From positions 2,418,001 to 2,482,000 of the forward strand of contig CATNEN010000030.1 in the NCBI GenBank assembly GCA_950097015.1: 64,000 bases of DNA, read 5' to 3'. Source of the DNA: Macrostomum hystrix (taxonomy: Eukaryota; Animalia; Platyhelminthes). Positions 1 through 12,150 of this stretch are shown one piece after another. The translations under genes were made by a program, and so were the position numbers. The notes beneath the pieces were generated by a model. It was not told the DNA's origin. It ran no database searches and saw only the letters and a list, made by a program, of their open reading frames with translations. The stretch's first letter is position 1; every line of letters begins with the position of its first letter.

Positions 1-143
1 GACAGCCTATATCTCAGGTATGACAACCTATATCTCAGGTATGACAACCTATATCTCAGGTATGACAGCCTATATCTCAGGTATGACAACCTATATCTCA
101 GGTATGTCAGCCTATATCTCAGGCATGACAGCCTATATCTCGG
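1..143. repeat. 21-bp minisatellite GACAGCCTATATCTCAGGTAT
   Basis: Visible tandem units. Confidence 0.95.
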
Positions 144-163
144 ATAAGAGAGTCAAAGCTCAC

Positions 164-533
164 CGGAAGTTCTCGACCCGCACCAGCTGAGAGCCCTGGA
201 AGGACTTAAAGAGTTTGTTAAGCTCAGTTTCAATACTTTTGGCGCAGTTTTGAAACACTTTGCTTCTCGGATTGTGCAGGTTGTGTTTCCACTTGTAGTG
301 TAGACCGATCGTGAATCTGAGCTTCAGTTGGCGACAGCTCGATGCCAGCTGTCCTGGCGGGCTGTGGGTGCCCGGAATCGGCCGGCCCGTCAAGGCGTCG
401 ACGCAGTAGCAGAAGGACCTCGGCGGACTTTCGCACTGCCAACCAGCGTAGAGACTGGAGTTGCTCAAGCTGCAGACTGGCCGGTAGGGCAGGTGGCTCA
501 GCTGCGTTGCCAGGTAGGCTGAGCACGGGACAG
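164..533 (-). CDS. Gene A exon 3: thyroglobulin type-1 domain followed by start of SEA domain (gene continues off left edge)
   Basis: Acceptor ccccag|, donor |GTGAG at 163. Six-Cys pattern C..PVC..Y..QC..CYCVD..G..IPGT..C fits thyroglobulin type-1; LHNPRSKVFQNCAKSIETELNKLF fits the SEA helix motif. Confidence 0.85.
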
Positions 534-559
534 CTGGGGTGCGAAATAGGATCACAAAA

Positions 560-1330
560 TGGGGATCTGGGATCATTGTGACGTAATATTGGGATCTGGG
601 ATCATTGTGACATTACTGAGGGATCTTGGATCATTGTATAAAAATTTAGGGATATGGGATCATTGTAGCATAATATGGGGATCTAGGATCATTGTAGAAA
701 AAATTAGGGATCGGGATCATTGTAACAGAATATTGGGATCTGGGATCATTGTGACATTCAGTGATCTGGGATCATTGTGACATAATATGGGGATCTGGGA
801 TTATTGTAGCATAATATTGGGATCTGAGATCATCGTGACATAATTTAGGGATCTGGGATCATTGTGACATAATTTAGGGATCTGATATCATTGTGACATA
901 ATATGGGGATCTGGGATTATTGTAGCATAATATTGGGATCTGAGATCATCGTGACATAATTTAGGGATCTGGGATCATTGTGACATAATTTAGGGATCTG
1001 ATATCATTGTGACATAATATGGGGATCTGGGATTATTGTAGCATAATATTGGGATTTGGGATCATTGTGACATAATATAGGGATCGGGGATCATTGTGAC
1101 GTCATATGGGGATCTGGGATCTTTGTGACTTAATTTAGGGATCTGGGATCATTGTGACATAATATCGGGATCTGGGATCATTGTGAAATAATTTAGGGAT
1201 CTGGGATCATTGTGACATAATATTGGGATCTGGGATCATTGTGAAATAATTTAGGGATCTGGGATCATTCTAACATAATTTAGGGATCTGGGGTCATTGT
1301 AACAAAACTTATCGATCTGAGATAGTTGTG
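560..1330. repeat. 29-bp minisatellite GGGATCTGGGATCATTGTGACATAATATT
   Basis: Visible tandem units. Confidence 0.95.
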
Positions 1331-2662
1331 AAATAACATGGCGATCTGGAGCGGCATATTTGTTTTAGTTATGCATTTGGGAGAATTTGGCGCCATTAGT
1401 TGAGCTTTGATAATTGCGTCTTGATGGAACATGAAAGAAAAAACTTTTTCTTTAAAATCATGGAAATTTAAAGTCTTTAAGATCTCATCTTTAAATATTT
1501 AAACGTTTGCCTCAAACTAAAGCTATATTTATGGCTCGCAGATTTTAGTTAAAAGTACAAAGTGACCTCAATTAGGCCGAAGCCCTTCAGCCGCAGCAGT
1601 ACAAATTGCACTTTAACCGATTACCTCGAGTTAGATTTGCTGCGTTAGATTTTTCTAAAACAGTAGAAAAAAAGTGTGAAATTCGCTCATGAAAGCAAGT
1701 TTAACAAAACCAATATTTGCCAGCAATTTGTTGACTCTTCAGCAAGCAGTCTCCTATTCAAATACTGGCATGCTGGCTAGATGCTAGATAATGATTTTCC
1801 TCCACAATGAGTTTGAGGAACAATGCCCAACTTGAGTGCTATCGCCTCTATTCCTCACACTCGCTATTATCTATATATCGGAAAACCAGGGAGTTTCTTG
1901 GGACATGAGAGCTTTGACAGCTCTGCTTTTTGACAAAGGCAAAAGGAGGAGAGTTTTACAGTATGCTTTCCTTTTGCTGCTAAGTGCCTTCTGCTAATTC
2001 TTCTCAGTCACGGAAGTGTTAAGTGACTCCGCCTCCCTGCAGACTTCTCATAAAGGTGGCACATGTTCAGTTTTTAATGTGGATATGCTATAAAAAGGGA
2101 AAAGGGCGATATTTAGTAAAATGGTAGAACGTACTCCTAGTTGATCTCAAAATGAGAGCTGTCAATTTGTCAAAGACACGCAAATGGGAATATTCTTAAC
2201 AGCCTAAAGCTAAGTAAAAGTACTTCAATTTCTATTCACAGAGTCTAAACATATTCTAAACACATAGACTTTTATGAGCAAAAAACTGAAAATAGCGACA
2301 TTTTTTGTCTGCGCCACAGCAGCTGATAAAGCATCTAACAAATGGTCAGTAGCTTTCACACAGAATGGTATAGCTGATGTGACAATGATGATGTCGGTAA
2401 TAATTTTCAGCTATCCCCAAGCCTTCACAGTGTCACTCTCTGCATCAAAGTTTTAATGAGCTAAAAAAGCTGAAATGTCATTTTAGTGAGCTGCTAACAG
2501 TTTGGCCTGGCTAGGTGACTTATGTCACAATCCCGTTTGATAATTTTACCTCCACCACACTGTTGATAAGTACGAGTGTATATTGTGCTTTAGGGAAGAA
2601 ATTTTATACACAGAAACGAATGAGAAACGCTATTCAACACGTTGCCATGAAAATCCAGAACA

Positions 2663-2820
2663 TTTTCCGCTCGATCCGATCAGACAATTTCCAGAATCAC
2701 AAAACAGCGGCGTCGTCGAGTTATTCAACGATCCTCGTTGGGGTGTCTGGTGGCAAAAAACCAGCAATATAGGAAAAAATTTTCTACTCACAAAATTTCA
2801 TTATGCACCCATGTCGGCTA
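2663..2820. repeat. Dispersed repeat, second copy at 33098-33243
   Basis: Shared cagaatcacaaaaca..gtcgtcgag.tattcaacg..gggtgtctggt..ttttct.ctcacaaaatttcatt..atgtcggct. Confidence 0.7.
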
Positions 2821-3259
2821 TTGTTGTTGACTATATTGCAATGAGCATACTGTTAATTTATAAACTTCGGAACCAATACGGATTAGTGGATTTTTCAAAC
2901 CCCCTGTGGTCCCCCGGGGGATATCGCGTGGTCTGTCTACTGTTAAAGGTTCTGAAATTCTGCCAATCGATTGCCGGTGGATCTTTTGTGATATCTTCTG
3001 CTTTTTGTGAACAAAGCCTGCCGGAAGTGAAGCCAATCTCTTCGACGATACAAACATCTAGGATAAAATTGACTAACGTTCCACTTCCTGGAGTGCCTTT
3101 GAGCAAGCTTTAGTTATAACGCGCTTTGCATCTTTTCTGTCGTTTAACGCCATTTTAACTATTTAAGAAACGTAAACTTTCTGCTTAAGTCTTTTTGGGT
3201 CTTCCGTTTCCTTGTGACACACGTAGAAATAACCCCTAGCCATGTTAAGCAAAAATGTC

Positions 3260-3358
3260 CAGTCCATGGACTGGGGAGGCTGCACGCCCGCCTAAAATTC
3301 TGCCCCAATTAACGTTTGAACCTATTTCACAGCTGAGATTCGAACTCCTGACCACCCA
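3260..3358 (-). mobile_element. SINE family 1 copy, internally deleted
   Basis: cagtccatggactggggagg ... acagctg agattcgaactcctgacc. Confidence 0.55.
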
Positions 3359-3410
3359 ATAAAAGCTGCCTGCAAGCAAACTCACACGGTAATCCTGACT
3401 GCTGACTCAC

Positions 3411-3630
3411 CGCTCATCTCGTTGGCATTTCCAGCAGCTCCAGACTGTTTGCCAGCTGACAGGGCTGGCAGATCCAGCTGCTTGACATTGCTGGGAGCTG
3501 AGGAGCCCGACTGGCGGCCGTCAGGAGTTTGATGGCCAGAGACTGCGCCGTTCAGGCCGCTGTCTTCTTCATCGTCTAGAGGGCCGGCGCCGGAGCCGCT
3601 GCCTGCCTGGGGAGGCAAGTTGAATGTGCA
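3411..3630 (-). CDS. Gene A exon 2: acidic Ser-Gly rich linker
   Basis: Acceptor tctctag|, donor AGC G|GTGAGT (phase 1) matching the exon at 533; encodes CTFNLPPQAGSGSGAGPLDDEEDSG...NANEMS. Confidence 0.75.
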
Positions 3631-4134
3631 CTAGAGAGATGAGACCCTTTTACGAAATCAGTAAAACAAATTATATTCAATCTAATTTATAACATATGCC
3701 CAATATGGCTAACAATTCTAAAATTATATAATAACTTTATCGATATTACTAAACTATAATTTTGGTTTATTTGGTACTAATTAAGTACCTAAAAAAAGAA
3801 TAATTTAATTTTTTAGAGATAGCACTTTGCTTACCACTTTGAAGCAGTGTAATTTATTATAATATTTAATATTCTAATATACCATTTGCCTTACACAATT
3901 CGTAATTTAAATATTTTTGATATACTTTATATTTCTGACCCTCGAAGTAATTAGTAAAAAATTACTAATTTACTAAACAATAAAGATAGAACGATAATAA
4001 GAATTCATCTAAAAGTCTAAATTACCATTTTACAAACATTGTAACAAAAAGCATACAAAAATTAAGGATAGTTTATAAAAATAATTTCGACTTCGTTTTG
4101 ATCGACACGAAAAAACTTGCCAGAGTTTACTTAC

Positions 4135-4230
4135 TAAAAATGATCTATTATAAAGAGCTGCTTCTGTGTGCTGTTGGAAAATTATGCATAAATAGAGCAG
4201 TAGCGGTAGCAGACAATTCAGCCGGAGCAT
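4135..4230 (-). CDS. Gene A exon 1: signal peptide of a thyroglobulin-1/SEA domain protein
   Basis: ATG at 4230; MLRLNCLLPLLLYLCIIFQQHTEA is a typical signal peptide; ends TTA|GTAAGT (phase 0), matching the acceptor at 3630. Confidence 0.7.
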
Positions 4231-5453
4231 TGCGCGTTGTAAATAAAAGGAGCATGCGTTAAATTACTCAATAATTCGTCTAACAGGCTTGAATAAAATA
4301 ATTAGCGAATTGCTCAGCTGCTATTCACACTGTGAGATTCAAATTGGCGCGTTTTTTACCGCGCACTTGGTACGTTTGAAACGCACAGAACTTAAACAAA
4401 TAAGAATTTAAACAAAACATTACGACTGTATTGGTCATAGCTACTGACCGTTCAGCCAGTTGGCTTTCAAGAATGAGTAAATAAGGCTCAATTGAATATG
4501 AGCATAAGTAAATAAGAGCGCTCGGACAGACTTGAGTCGTCAGAGCCTTCTAAGCATTAGGCTATAGTAAATTACCTGTGTTAAACGCCCAGTGCAATCG
4601 CTTTCTAGCATGTCAACTAATTATTCTGCTCACCAGGTAAGTATTCGAAAAATAACAGAAACATGTAGCTAATCCATATTGACAAGTAGAAGCATATCTC
4701 AATTTTTTAATTAAGTTCTAGTGGTTGATATAAATATTTCTTAGACAACACAAATTAGTCATTTAGGAATGATGAAAGAAGCGATGGTCAGAGTCTGTTC
4801 AATAGACTTTTATAAAATAAACAAAACATTTGAATTTTGAATTGTAAACGGCAAATTTAATCCATCAATTAAAGCTAGACGATGCACACTTGCTGTTTCA
4901 GTACGAACATGCTTACACGCCGAGATACAAGCCAGCGCTGGGCAAGTCAACGGCAAAGGTATTACGAGCTTCGCAATATTACATTACTGTACTTTTTAGT
5001 TATCTATCTAAATTTTTAGTTTTCTTTCATGATTGCGCTTTCGTCGCCTATATTATTAATAGTTTCTTAACAAAAAAGCCATTGGTTGATCTATGTTGAG
5101 CAGGTGCCTGGCGCCAGATCCGGAATTAGCCGGGTCATTGCTGACTCGCGAGGTCACCTCCTGCCAGGTACGCCCAGGTCGACAGCTTCGCCTTGGGGCA
5201 GCTTCCACGGCGCTTGGGAGTCGTCGACGAAAGGAAAGCAGCAAAAGTCGCTTTTGCTGACTCGCCACGCCGACCAGCGGCTTCTGGCTGCGGCTAATGG
5301 AGCCGGTTCTGCCAGGATAATGACGGGCTAGTTATAATTTACCTGAAGAGTTCATCTGACCGATATTCGAACCTTCGACCTTTAATGACTGAAATTGGAT
5401 AATATTATTGGATTTATTAAAGTCATTTTCAAATTTTATGAATTCTTCTTGGG

Positions 5454-5989
5454 CAGTGTCGTAGCCTGGATTTTTGTCAAGGGGGCGCCAGTACCACCGA
5501 AGGACCATTAGTAGTTAGCTTTTACTAAACCACTAGTAGTAAACATAGTAGCGACCACTAGTAGTCGAGCAGTCCTTGACTGCCTCATGGGAGCGCCACT
5601 TATCACATGGGGGCGCCACTCTCACATTGGCACCACTATCATATGGGAGTGCCACTATCACATGGCGGCGCCACTCTCACATGTGGGCGCCACTATCATA
5701 TGGGAGCGCCACTATCATATGGGGGCGCCACTATCACATGGGGGCGCCACTATCACATGGGGGCGCCACTATCATATGGACGCCACTATCATATGGGCGC
5801 CACTATCACATGGGCGCCACTATCATATGGGCGCCACTATCACATGGGCGCCACTATCATATGGGCGCCACTATCATATGGGAGCGCCACTATCAGGGGC
5901 ACCACTTTTCGTACTATGGGAGGCCACATAGTTTCGTCAGCCGATTAGGGGGGTGCCGCGGCTTCCCGTACCCCCTGGCTACGCACCTG
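5454..5989. mobile_element. hAT-type MITE with internal minisatellite
   Basis: 8-bp TSD TTCTTGGG at 5446-53 and 5990-97; imperfect TIRs CAGTGTCGTAGCCTGG / CAGGTGCGTAGCCAGG; no transposase. Confidence 0.8.
5585..5900. repeat. 18-20-bp minisatellite GGCGCCACTATCAYATGG inside the MITE
   Basis: Visible tandem units. Confidence 0.9.
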
Positions 5990-6239
5990 TTCTTGGGTTC
6001 AATAGTGTTTTGTTTATCTTGACTAAGGTCAGGAGTTCGAGTCTCAGAGAAGAATTTCAATTAGGTTTCTGGTCTTTCCTATGTACTGAACAGCCTTTGA
6101 AAGCCCTGCGCAATAGCTGCTGCTTTGCAATGGAGGATCTAAATTTCTGAGCGAACTTGTTAATGAGACGACAACCAATATTCTATCTATGCACGTATAT
6201 TATGTTCGTACACTTGTTTTTTGTAAAAACACATTAATA

Positions 6240-6620
6240 ATAATATTAGTTATAATAATAATAATAATAATTGCAGGAGGGCAGCGGGCAATGGCGCATC
6301 ATTTGGTGACACTAGACCCGCAGCCAGCGAGGAGGCAATTCTGCCCATTTCGCTGAACTCCTGAGCACTCACACACACGGACACCGTACGCAGGCACACG
6401 CTCACACAGGTGTGTACATCTGCCCTGACTTTCTCATCGTCAGGCAGTGTACACTCTCACTGTGCCTTGGAGGTTGGCCCTCAGGTGCGTAGATTGCACG
6501 ACAAGCCCCCAAGCCTTCTCTCTGCGGCTGCGCCCTAAATGAATGTGGCCTCGCCGCGGAATCGAGCTCAGGGACCTTGGTGCAAGAGGCAAACGCGTTG
6601 ACCGCTCTGCCACCGACCAC
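6240..6620 (-). mobile_element. tRNA-derived SINE family 2, full length
   Basis: Head TGGCAGAGCGG ... GAGCTCGATTCC, (ATT)n tail; near-identical copies at 18620 and 26945. Confidence 0.85.
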
Positions 6621-6997
6621 ATGTTAATGAGGAAATCAAAAGAGCAGAAAACCATATTTAATTTACAGTTGGTATAAAAAATAACTAAAAAAGACACAGC
6701 CATGGTTTTTTATGAGTACATTCGGCTGTCTAAGCGGTTACCGACTTGTCGAACTAACAGACTACTTTGCCCAACAGGTATCGAGCTTCTAGCAGGTAGA
6801 TTAGTTTGACTAACAGGTAGAAAGTCTGACAAGCAGGTAAAATTTCAAAGGTAAAATACACGATTTGCTAACTGAAAAAAACATATGTCTTCTGAAAATA
6901 AAAAATATAATTCTTATTGAATTAGCTAAATAAGATGCTGATGCAACAGTACACAGCTGTCATTGATCTATGTGAAGTTTAGGTTAACTGAATCTAC

Positions 6998-7270
6998 GTA
7001 TCCCTGTTGTCACTGATCTACCTATCCCTGGTGTCACTGATCTACCTATCCCTGGTGTCACTGATCTACCTATCCCTGGTGTCACTGATCTACCTATCCC
7101 AGGTGTCACTGATCCACCTATCCCTGGTGTCACTGATCTACCTATCCCTGGTGTCACTGATCTACCTATCCCTGTTGTCACTGATCTACCTATCCCTGGT
7201 GTCACTGATCTACCTATCCCTGGTGTCACTGATCTACCTATCCCAGGTGTCACTGATCCACCTATCCCAT
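6998..7270. repeat. 24-bp minisatellite CCTATCCCTGGTGTCACTGATCTA
   Basis: Visible tandem units. Confidence 0.95.
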
Positions 7271-7861
7271 GAGTCCCTTATAATCAGAAGACAATCAAGA
7301 ATGCCTGACTGAGCCCCATCGCCCCAGGCTGAGTCATTCTCTTCGACAGCTGCCCGCTTTCCCGCGGCCTTCGTGTGTCCTTCCGACTGTCTCGCCGCCC
7401 CGTGGGCATATAGGCCTTGGCTGAGGTTGTTCTCAAACTGCTCAACATCGGAGCTGGAAGCAGCTGAGTTGTCGCTGCGGTCTTGGATAAAATTGATCGA
7501 TGCAATTGGCCTCTCGCAATGTCAGCATGGAGCATCGGCTGAGTTGCTAGTGACCAGCGCTCTGCTGGGACGATAAGCAGTCGGCAAATAGAAACCAGAG
7601 TCATCCAGATCAACAGTGCAAAAACTGGTTTGCGGCAGAGGCAGGCCAAGCAGCGTCTGGGACGCATTCTTTGGGGCTGTTAATCTCAAAAAGAAATGAT
7701 TTTTTTAGAATTTGCTCTTTATACAAGCTACATTGTTTTTAGATTTCGGGTGGAGACTGGGAACGTTTTGATTGGCTGAAGGCCATCAATGCGGACATTG
7801 TGTGGACTCAGTTGATAAGAGGCATACTTGTAATGCATTTTTTTAATCTGCAACAATTAAC

Positions 7862-8455
7862 TTGGGGTGTTGCCTGAAGAACTGGGGTGTAGCCTGAAGA
7901 ACTGGGGTGTAGCCTGAAGAACTGGGGTGTAGCCTGAAGAACTGGGGTGTAGCCTGAAGAACTGGGGTGTAGCCTGAAGAACTGGGGGTGTAGCCTGAAG
8001 AACTGGGGTGTAGCCTGAAGAACTGGGGTGTAGCCTGAAGGACTGGGGGTGTAACCTGAAAAACTGGGGTGTAGCCTGAAGAACTGGGGTGTAGCCTGAA
8101 GAACTGGGGTGTAGCCTGAAGAACTGGGGTGTTGCCTGAAGAACTGGGGTGTAGCCTGAAGAACTGGGGTGTTGCCTGAAGAACTGGGGTGTTGCCTGAA
8201 GAACTGGGGTGTTGCCTGAAGAACTGGGGTGTAGCCTGAAGAACTGGGGTGTAGCCTGAAGGACTGGGGGTATAACCTGAAGAACTGGGGTGTAGCCTGA
8301 AGGACTGGGGGTGTAACCTGAAGAACTGGGGTGTAGCCTGAAGAACTGGGGTGTTGCCTGAAGAACTGGGGTGTTGCCTGAAGAACTGGGGTGTTGCCTG
8401 AAGAACTGGGGGTGTAACCTGAAGAACTGCGGATATAACCTTAAGAACTGGGGAT
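7862..8455. repeat. 20-bp minisatellite GAACTGGGGTGTAGCCTGAA
   Basis: Visible tandem units. Confidence 0.95.
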
Positions 8456-8461
8456 ATAGCT

Positions 8462-9297
8462 AGAGGAATGGTGGGTGTAACCTACTTAGGAATGGTGGGT
8501 GTAACCTACTGAGGAATGGTGGGTGTAACCTACTTAGGAATGGTGGGTGTAACCTACTGAGGAATGGTGGGTGTAACCTACTGAGGAATGGTGGGTGTAA
8601 CCTACTGAGGAATGGTGGATGTAACCTACTGAGGAATGGTGGGTGTAACCTACTGAGGAATGGTGGGTGTAACCTACAGAATGAATGGTGGTTGTAACCT
8701 ACTGAGGAATGGTGGTTGTAACCTACTGAGGAATGGTGGGTGTAACCTACTGAGGAATGGTGGGTGTAACCTACTGAGGAATGGTGGATGTAACCTACTG
8801 AGGAATGGTGGGTGTAACCTACTGAGGAATGGTGGGTGTAACCTACTGAGGAATGGTGGGTGTAACCTACTGAGGAATGGTGGGTGTAACCTACTGAGGA
8901 ATGGTGGATGTAACCTACTGAGGAATGGTGGGTGTAACCTACTGAGGAATGGTGGGTGTAACCTACTGAGGAATGGTGGATGTAACCTACTGAGGAATGG
9001 TGGGTGTAACCTACTGAGGAATGGTGGGTGTAACCTACTGAGGAATGGTGGGTGTAACCTACTGAGGAATGGTGGGTGTAACCTACTGAGGAATGGTGGA
9101 TGTAACCTACTGAGGAATGGTGGGTGTAACCTACTGAGGAATGGTGGGTGTAACCTACTGAGGAATGGTGGTTGTAACCTACTGAGGAATGGTGGGTGTA
9201 ACCTACTGAGGAATGGTGGTTATAACCTACTGAGGAATGGTGGGTGTAACCTACAGAATGAATGGTGGATGTAACCTACTGAGGAATTGTGGGTGTG
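8462..9297. repeat. 24-bp minisatellite GAGGAATGGTGGGTGTAACCTACT
   Basis: Visible tandem units. Confidence 0.95.
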
Positions 9298-10214
9298 GAT
9301 TTCAGTTATTTGAATAAGTGAGATATTTAGTGTACTTCATGTACTTTTACTATGTACATTGCTTGTGTATTGGCTACAGCTGACAACCTGAATAGTGCAC
9401 TTATTGACTTTGAGAATTTCTCTATCACCGCTTGAATAAAGTCGTACTCGTCCAATGCCGCAATAATGATGAATAATTAATTAGAAGTGCGATGAATCAG
9501 CAACACATCTGTGAGAGCGCTTTCATTAAGTCTTCCGTTGAGCATTTTAACACTATTTATAATCTTGTTTGGCGTGGGAGTTGAGTAAGTCTGATGAATT
9601 TTTTAGCTGCTACAACGATCACCTTCCATATATGGAAATGCGTTCCCTACACTGGGACAATCTGCGTGTCTGCAACAATGTCCGCTTGAAAAGTTACATA
9701 ACCCCAGAAATCAACTGTGTCCACTGGGGGGATAGCGAAAACACGCACAGGTGTAAATGTGAATGTAGGTGCGACATTTCCATTAAAGAAATATAATTAA
9801 AAAAACTAAAACCCTTCTAGTAAGTAATAATAGTTAATAAGTAATAATAATCAATCAAAGAAGTAATTATAGTAATAATATATTATGGTTATTATTATTG
9901 AGCTGCGCACGCGATTGGGTGCTGATTTTTTAGTTTAGTTGATGTTTGAGGCTGAACAATTCGATTTTTCAAAAAGAATGCGGTAGAAAAACAGTAGCAT
10001 GCATAAGATTAATTTTAGGTGAATAAATTTAAAAAACTAAAATTTGAAGAAAACAAGGCAATAAAACAAAAAATGAAATAATGAAATTTAAAGAGAAAAT
10101 TAAAACTGTGACTGAAATCACTTCGCTCCCGAAAGGAGAATAGCTATTGTGTTTTTGCATTCTAACTATGGGCCTCAGGGCTACTTATATAAGCCTACAC
10201 CAACCCTAATCTAG

Positions 10215-10890
10215 CCTTTAGCCTTCTTCCCCTCTCTAGCCTACTTCCCCTCTCTAGCCCTCTTCCACTCTCTAGCCTTCTTCTCCTCCCACGCCTTCTT
10301 CTCCTCCCACGCCTTCTTCTCCTCCCACGCCTTCTTCTCCTCCCACGCCTTCTTCTCCTCCCACGCCTTCTTCTTCTCATCCCACGCCTTCTTCTCCTCC
10401 CACGCCTTCTTCTCCTCCCACGCCTTCTTCCCCTCTCTCTTGCCTTCTTCCACTCTCAAGCCTTCTTCCACTCTCAAGCCTTCTTCCTATCTCAAGCCTT
10501 CTTCGCCTCCCACACTTTCTTCTCCTCCCACGCCTTCTTCTCCTCCCACGCCTTCTTCTCCTCCCACGCCTTCTTCTCCTCCCACGCCTTCTTCTCATCC
10601 CACGCCTTCTTCTCCTCCCACGCCTTCTTCTCCTCCCACGCCTTCTTCTCCTCCCACGCCTTCTCCTCCCACGCCTTCTTCTCCTCCCACGCCTTCTTCT
10701 CCTCCCACGCCTTCTTCTCCTCCCACGCCTTCTTCCCCTCCCACGCCTTCTTCCCCTCCCACGCCTTCTTCTCCTGCCACGCCTTCTTCCCCTCGCTCTT
10801 GCCTTTTTTTCTGTCTCTCTCGCCTTCTTCCACTCTCAAGCCTTCTTCCTATCTCAAGCCTTCTTCGCCTCCCACGCTTTCTACCCCTCT
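10215..10890. repeat. 18-bp pyrimidine-rich minisatellite CGCCTTCTTCTCCTCCCA
   Basis: Visible tandem units. Confidence 0.95.
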
Positions 10891-10984
10891 CTCTGGCCTT
10901 CTCCCTTATGAGTAGTCAGTACATGCACAATCAGCAGCCCCAATTCGCTCAGATGTGCAGCGACGCATCAAATTCTGCGAACGG

Positions 10985-11150
10985 CTGTTCATTCGACGGA
11001 CTGGGGGGACGCCACACCCAACCCTCAATCAGTTCAGGGTGAACTGAAGCAATTCAGAGTTAAGTGTCTTGCTAAATTAATCACATTGTTCCAATGTAGT
11101 CGAAAATCGAACCCCCGACCTTTAAGTCGTGACTCATATGGCTAAGCTAA
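10985..11150 (-). mobile_element. SINE family 1 copy, degenerate
   Basis: ggactgggggg ... agagttaagtgtcttgctaaa ... atcgaacccccgacctttaagtcg. Confidence 0.65.
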
Positions 11151-11768
11151 AGAAAAACCTGGGCATGCTTAAGGCCATATAATCATGCTTCTTAGGCGCT
11201 TCAAACGTTTTTGCTTCGCTTCCCGTGTCCCTGCAAAACATTCCGTCAACGGGTTAGGCCATAGACTAACTAATCTGTCATTAATGTGTCCGAAATTCTT
11301 GCCTACTTCAGTAATCGTAAGCGGTGCAATGATCTGTGCTTGGTTAGCCGCATTTAGCCGCTTGACACAGGTGCAGCTCGCGCAGGTACACAGCTCTGTT
11401 TGTGCATGGAATACTGATTAATACAGTACAGGCCTGCTTTGCGAAACTAGTTGAGAATAAAATAGCACAGACGACAGATCGACAGACAGTGGGTTAGAGA
11501 CTGCCTCTCTATACAAACACACATGAGAACTGAGAGACCGCAGTTGGAGAAAGTTGAAAAATCAACACGCGGAGAGCAATGCTCAGTTTGCTGCTTGAGA
11601 AGTCAGCACATGTAGGACAAATGCATACACACGCAAGAGAAATAAAACACAGCCACTAGATTCAGTAGAGAGGGTTGTGTTGAGATTTTTTGCTGTCGGT
11701 GACGGGTGTGACGCTTGGCATCGAAATTGAAATTATTTGCCAGTTTAACAACAGCCATTCTCATTGAG

Positions 11769-11812
11769 ATGGAGTATCAGGTGCCGCAGCTTTATTACGT
11801 CACAGAGCAGGT

Positions 11813-11845
<33 letters not shown>

Positions 11846-12023
11846 AGTCGTCCTTGTGCAGGCAAACGACCCTGACAGAGGTGTGGCAGCCAATTCGTTG
11901 GACCAATATCATTTCTACAATGACCCGGTTATTAGTAAATGGCGGCGTCGAGCCAGTGGAGCATCACCGGCGGCCTCGCCTAGAAGGTCTTCTCAGCAGC
12001 AGCAGCAGCAGCTCGGTGGGCAG
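11769..12023 (+). CDS. Gene B exon 1: Gln-rich orphan protein
   Basis: ATG at 11769 (MEYQVPQLYY...), Q10 and Q6 runs; ends CAG|GCAAGT (GC donor, phase 0). Confidence 0.7.
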
Positions 12024-12084
12024 GCAAGTTTTACGGCTATCTAGGGCCAGTGTCCCGCATGAATTTCTGCCATGAATATCGCAT

Positions 12085-12150
12085 TGTCAGACAGTGTACA
12101 CTCTTACTTTGTCTCACTGAAGCTTGGCCGTCATGGACGTAAATTACAAG
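12085..12150 (-). mobile_element. SINE family 2 fragment in the GC-AG intron
   Basis: cattgtcagacagtgtacactc...cgtaaatt matches the SINE body. Confidence 0.5.

Noticed and set aside
2583-3113. 176-aa plus ORF and 82-aa minus ORF
   Set aside because: Overlaps a dispersed repeat, AT-rich, weak splice signals, lies in a gene A intron.
9569-9796. 75-aa Cys-containing ORF and opposite-strand exon candidate
   Set aside because: No real ATG on plus; stops in all minus frames between the apparent splice sites.
10195-11042. Pro/Ser-rich extensin-like and WEEKKA ORFs
   Set aside because: Products of the 18-bp array on both strands.
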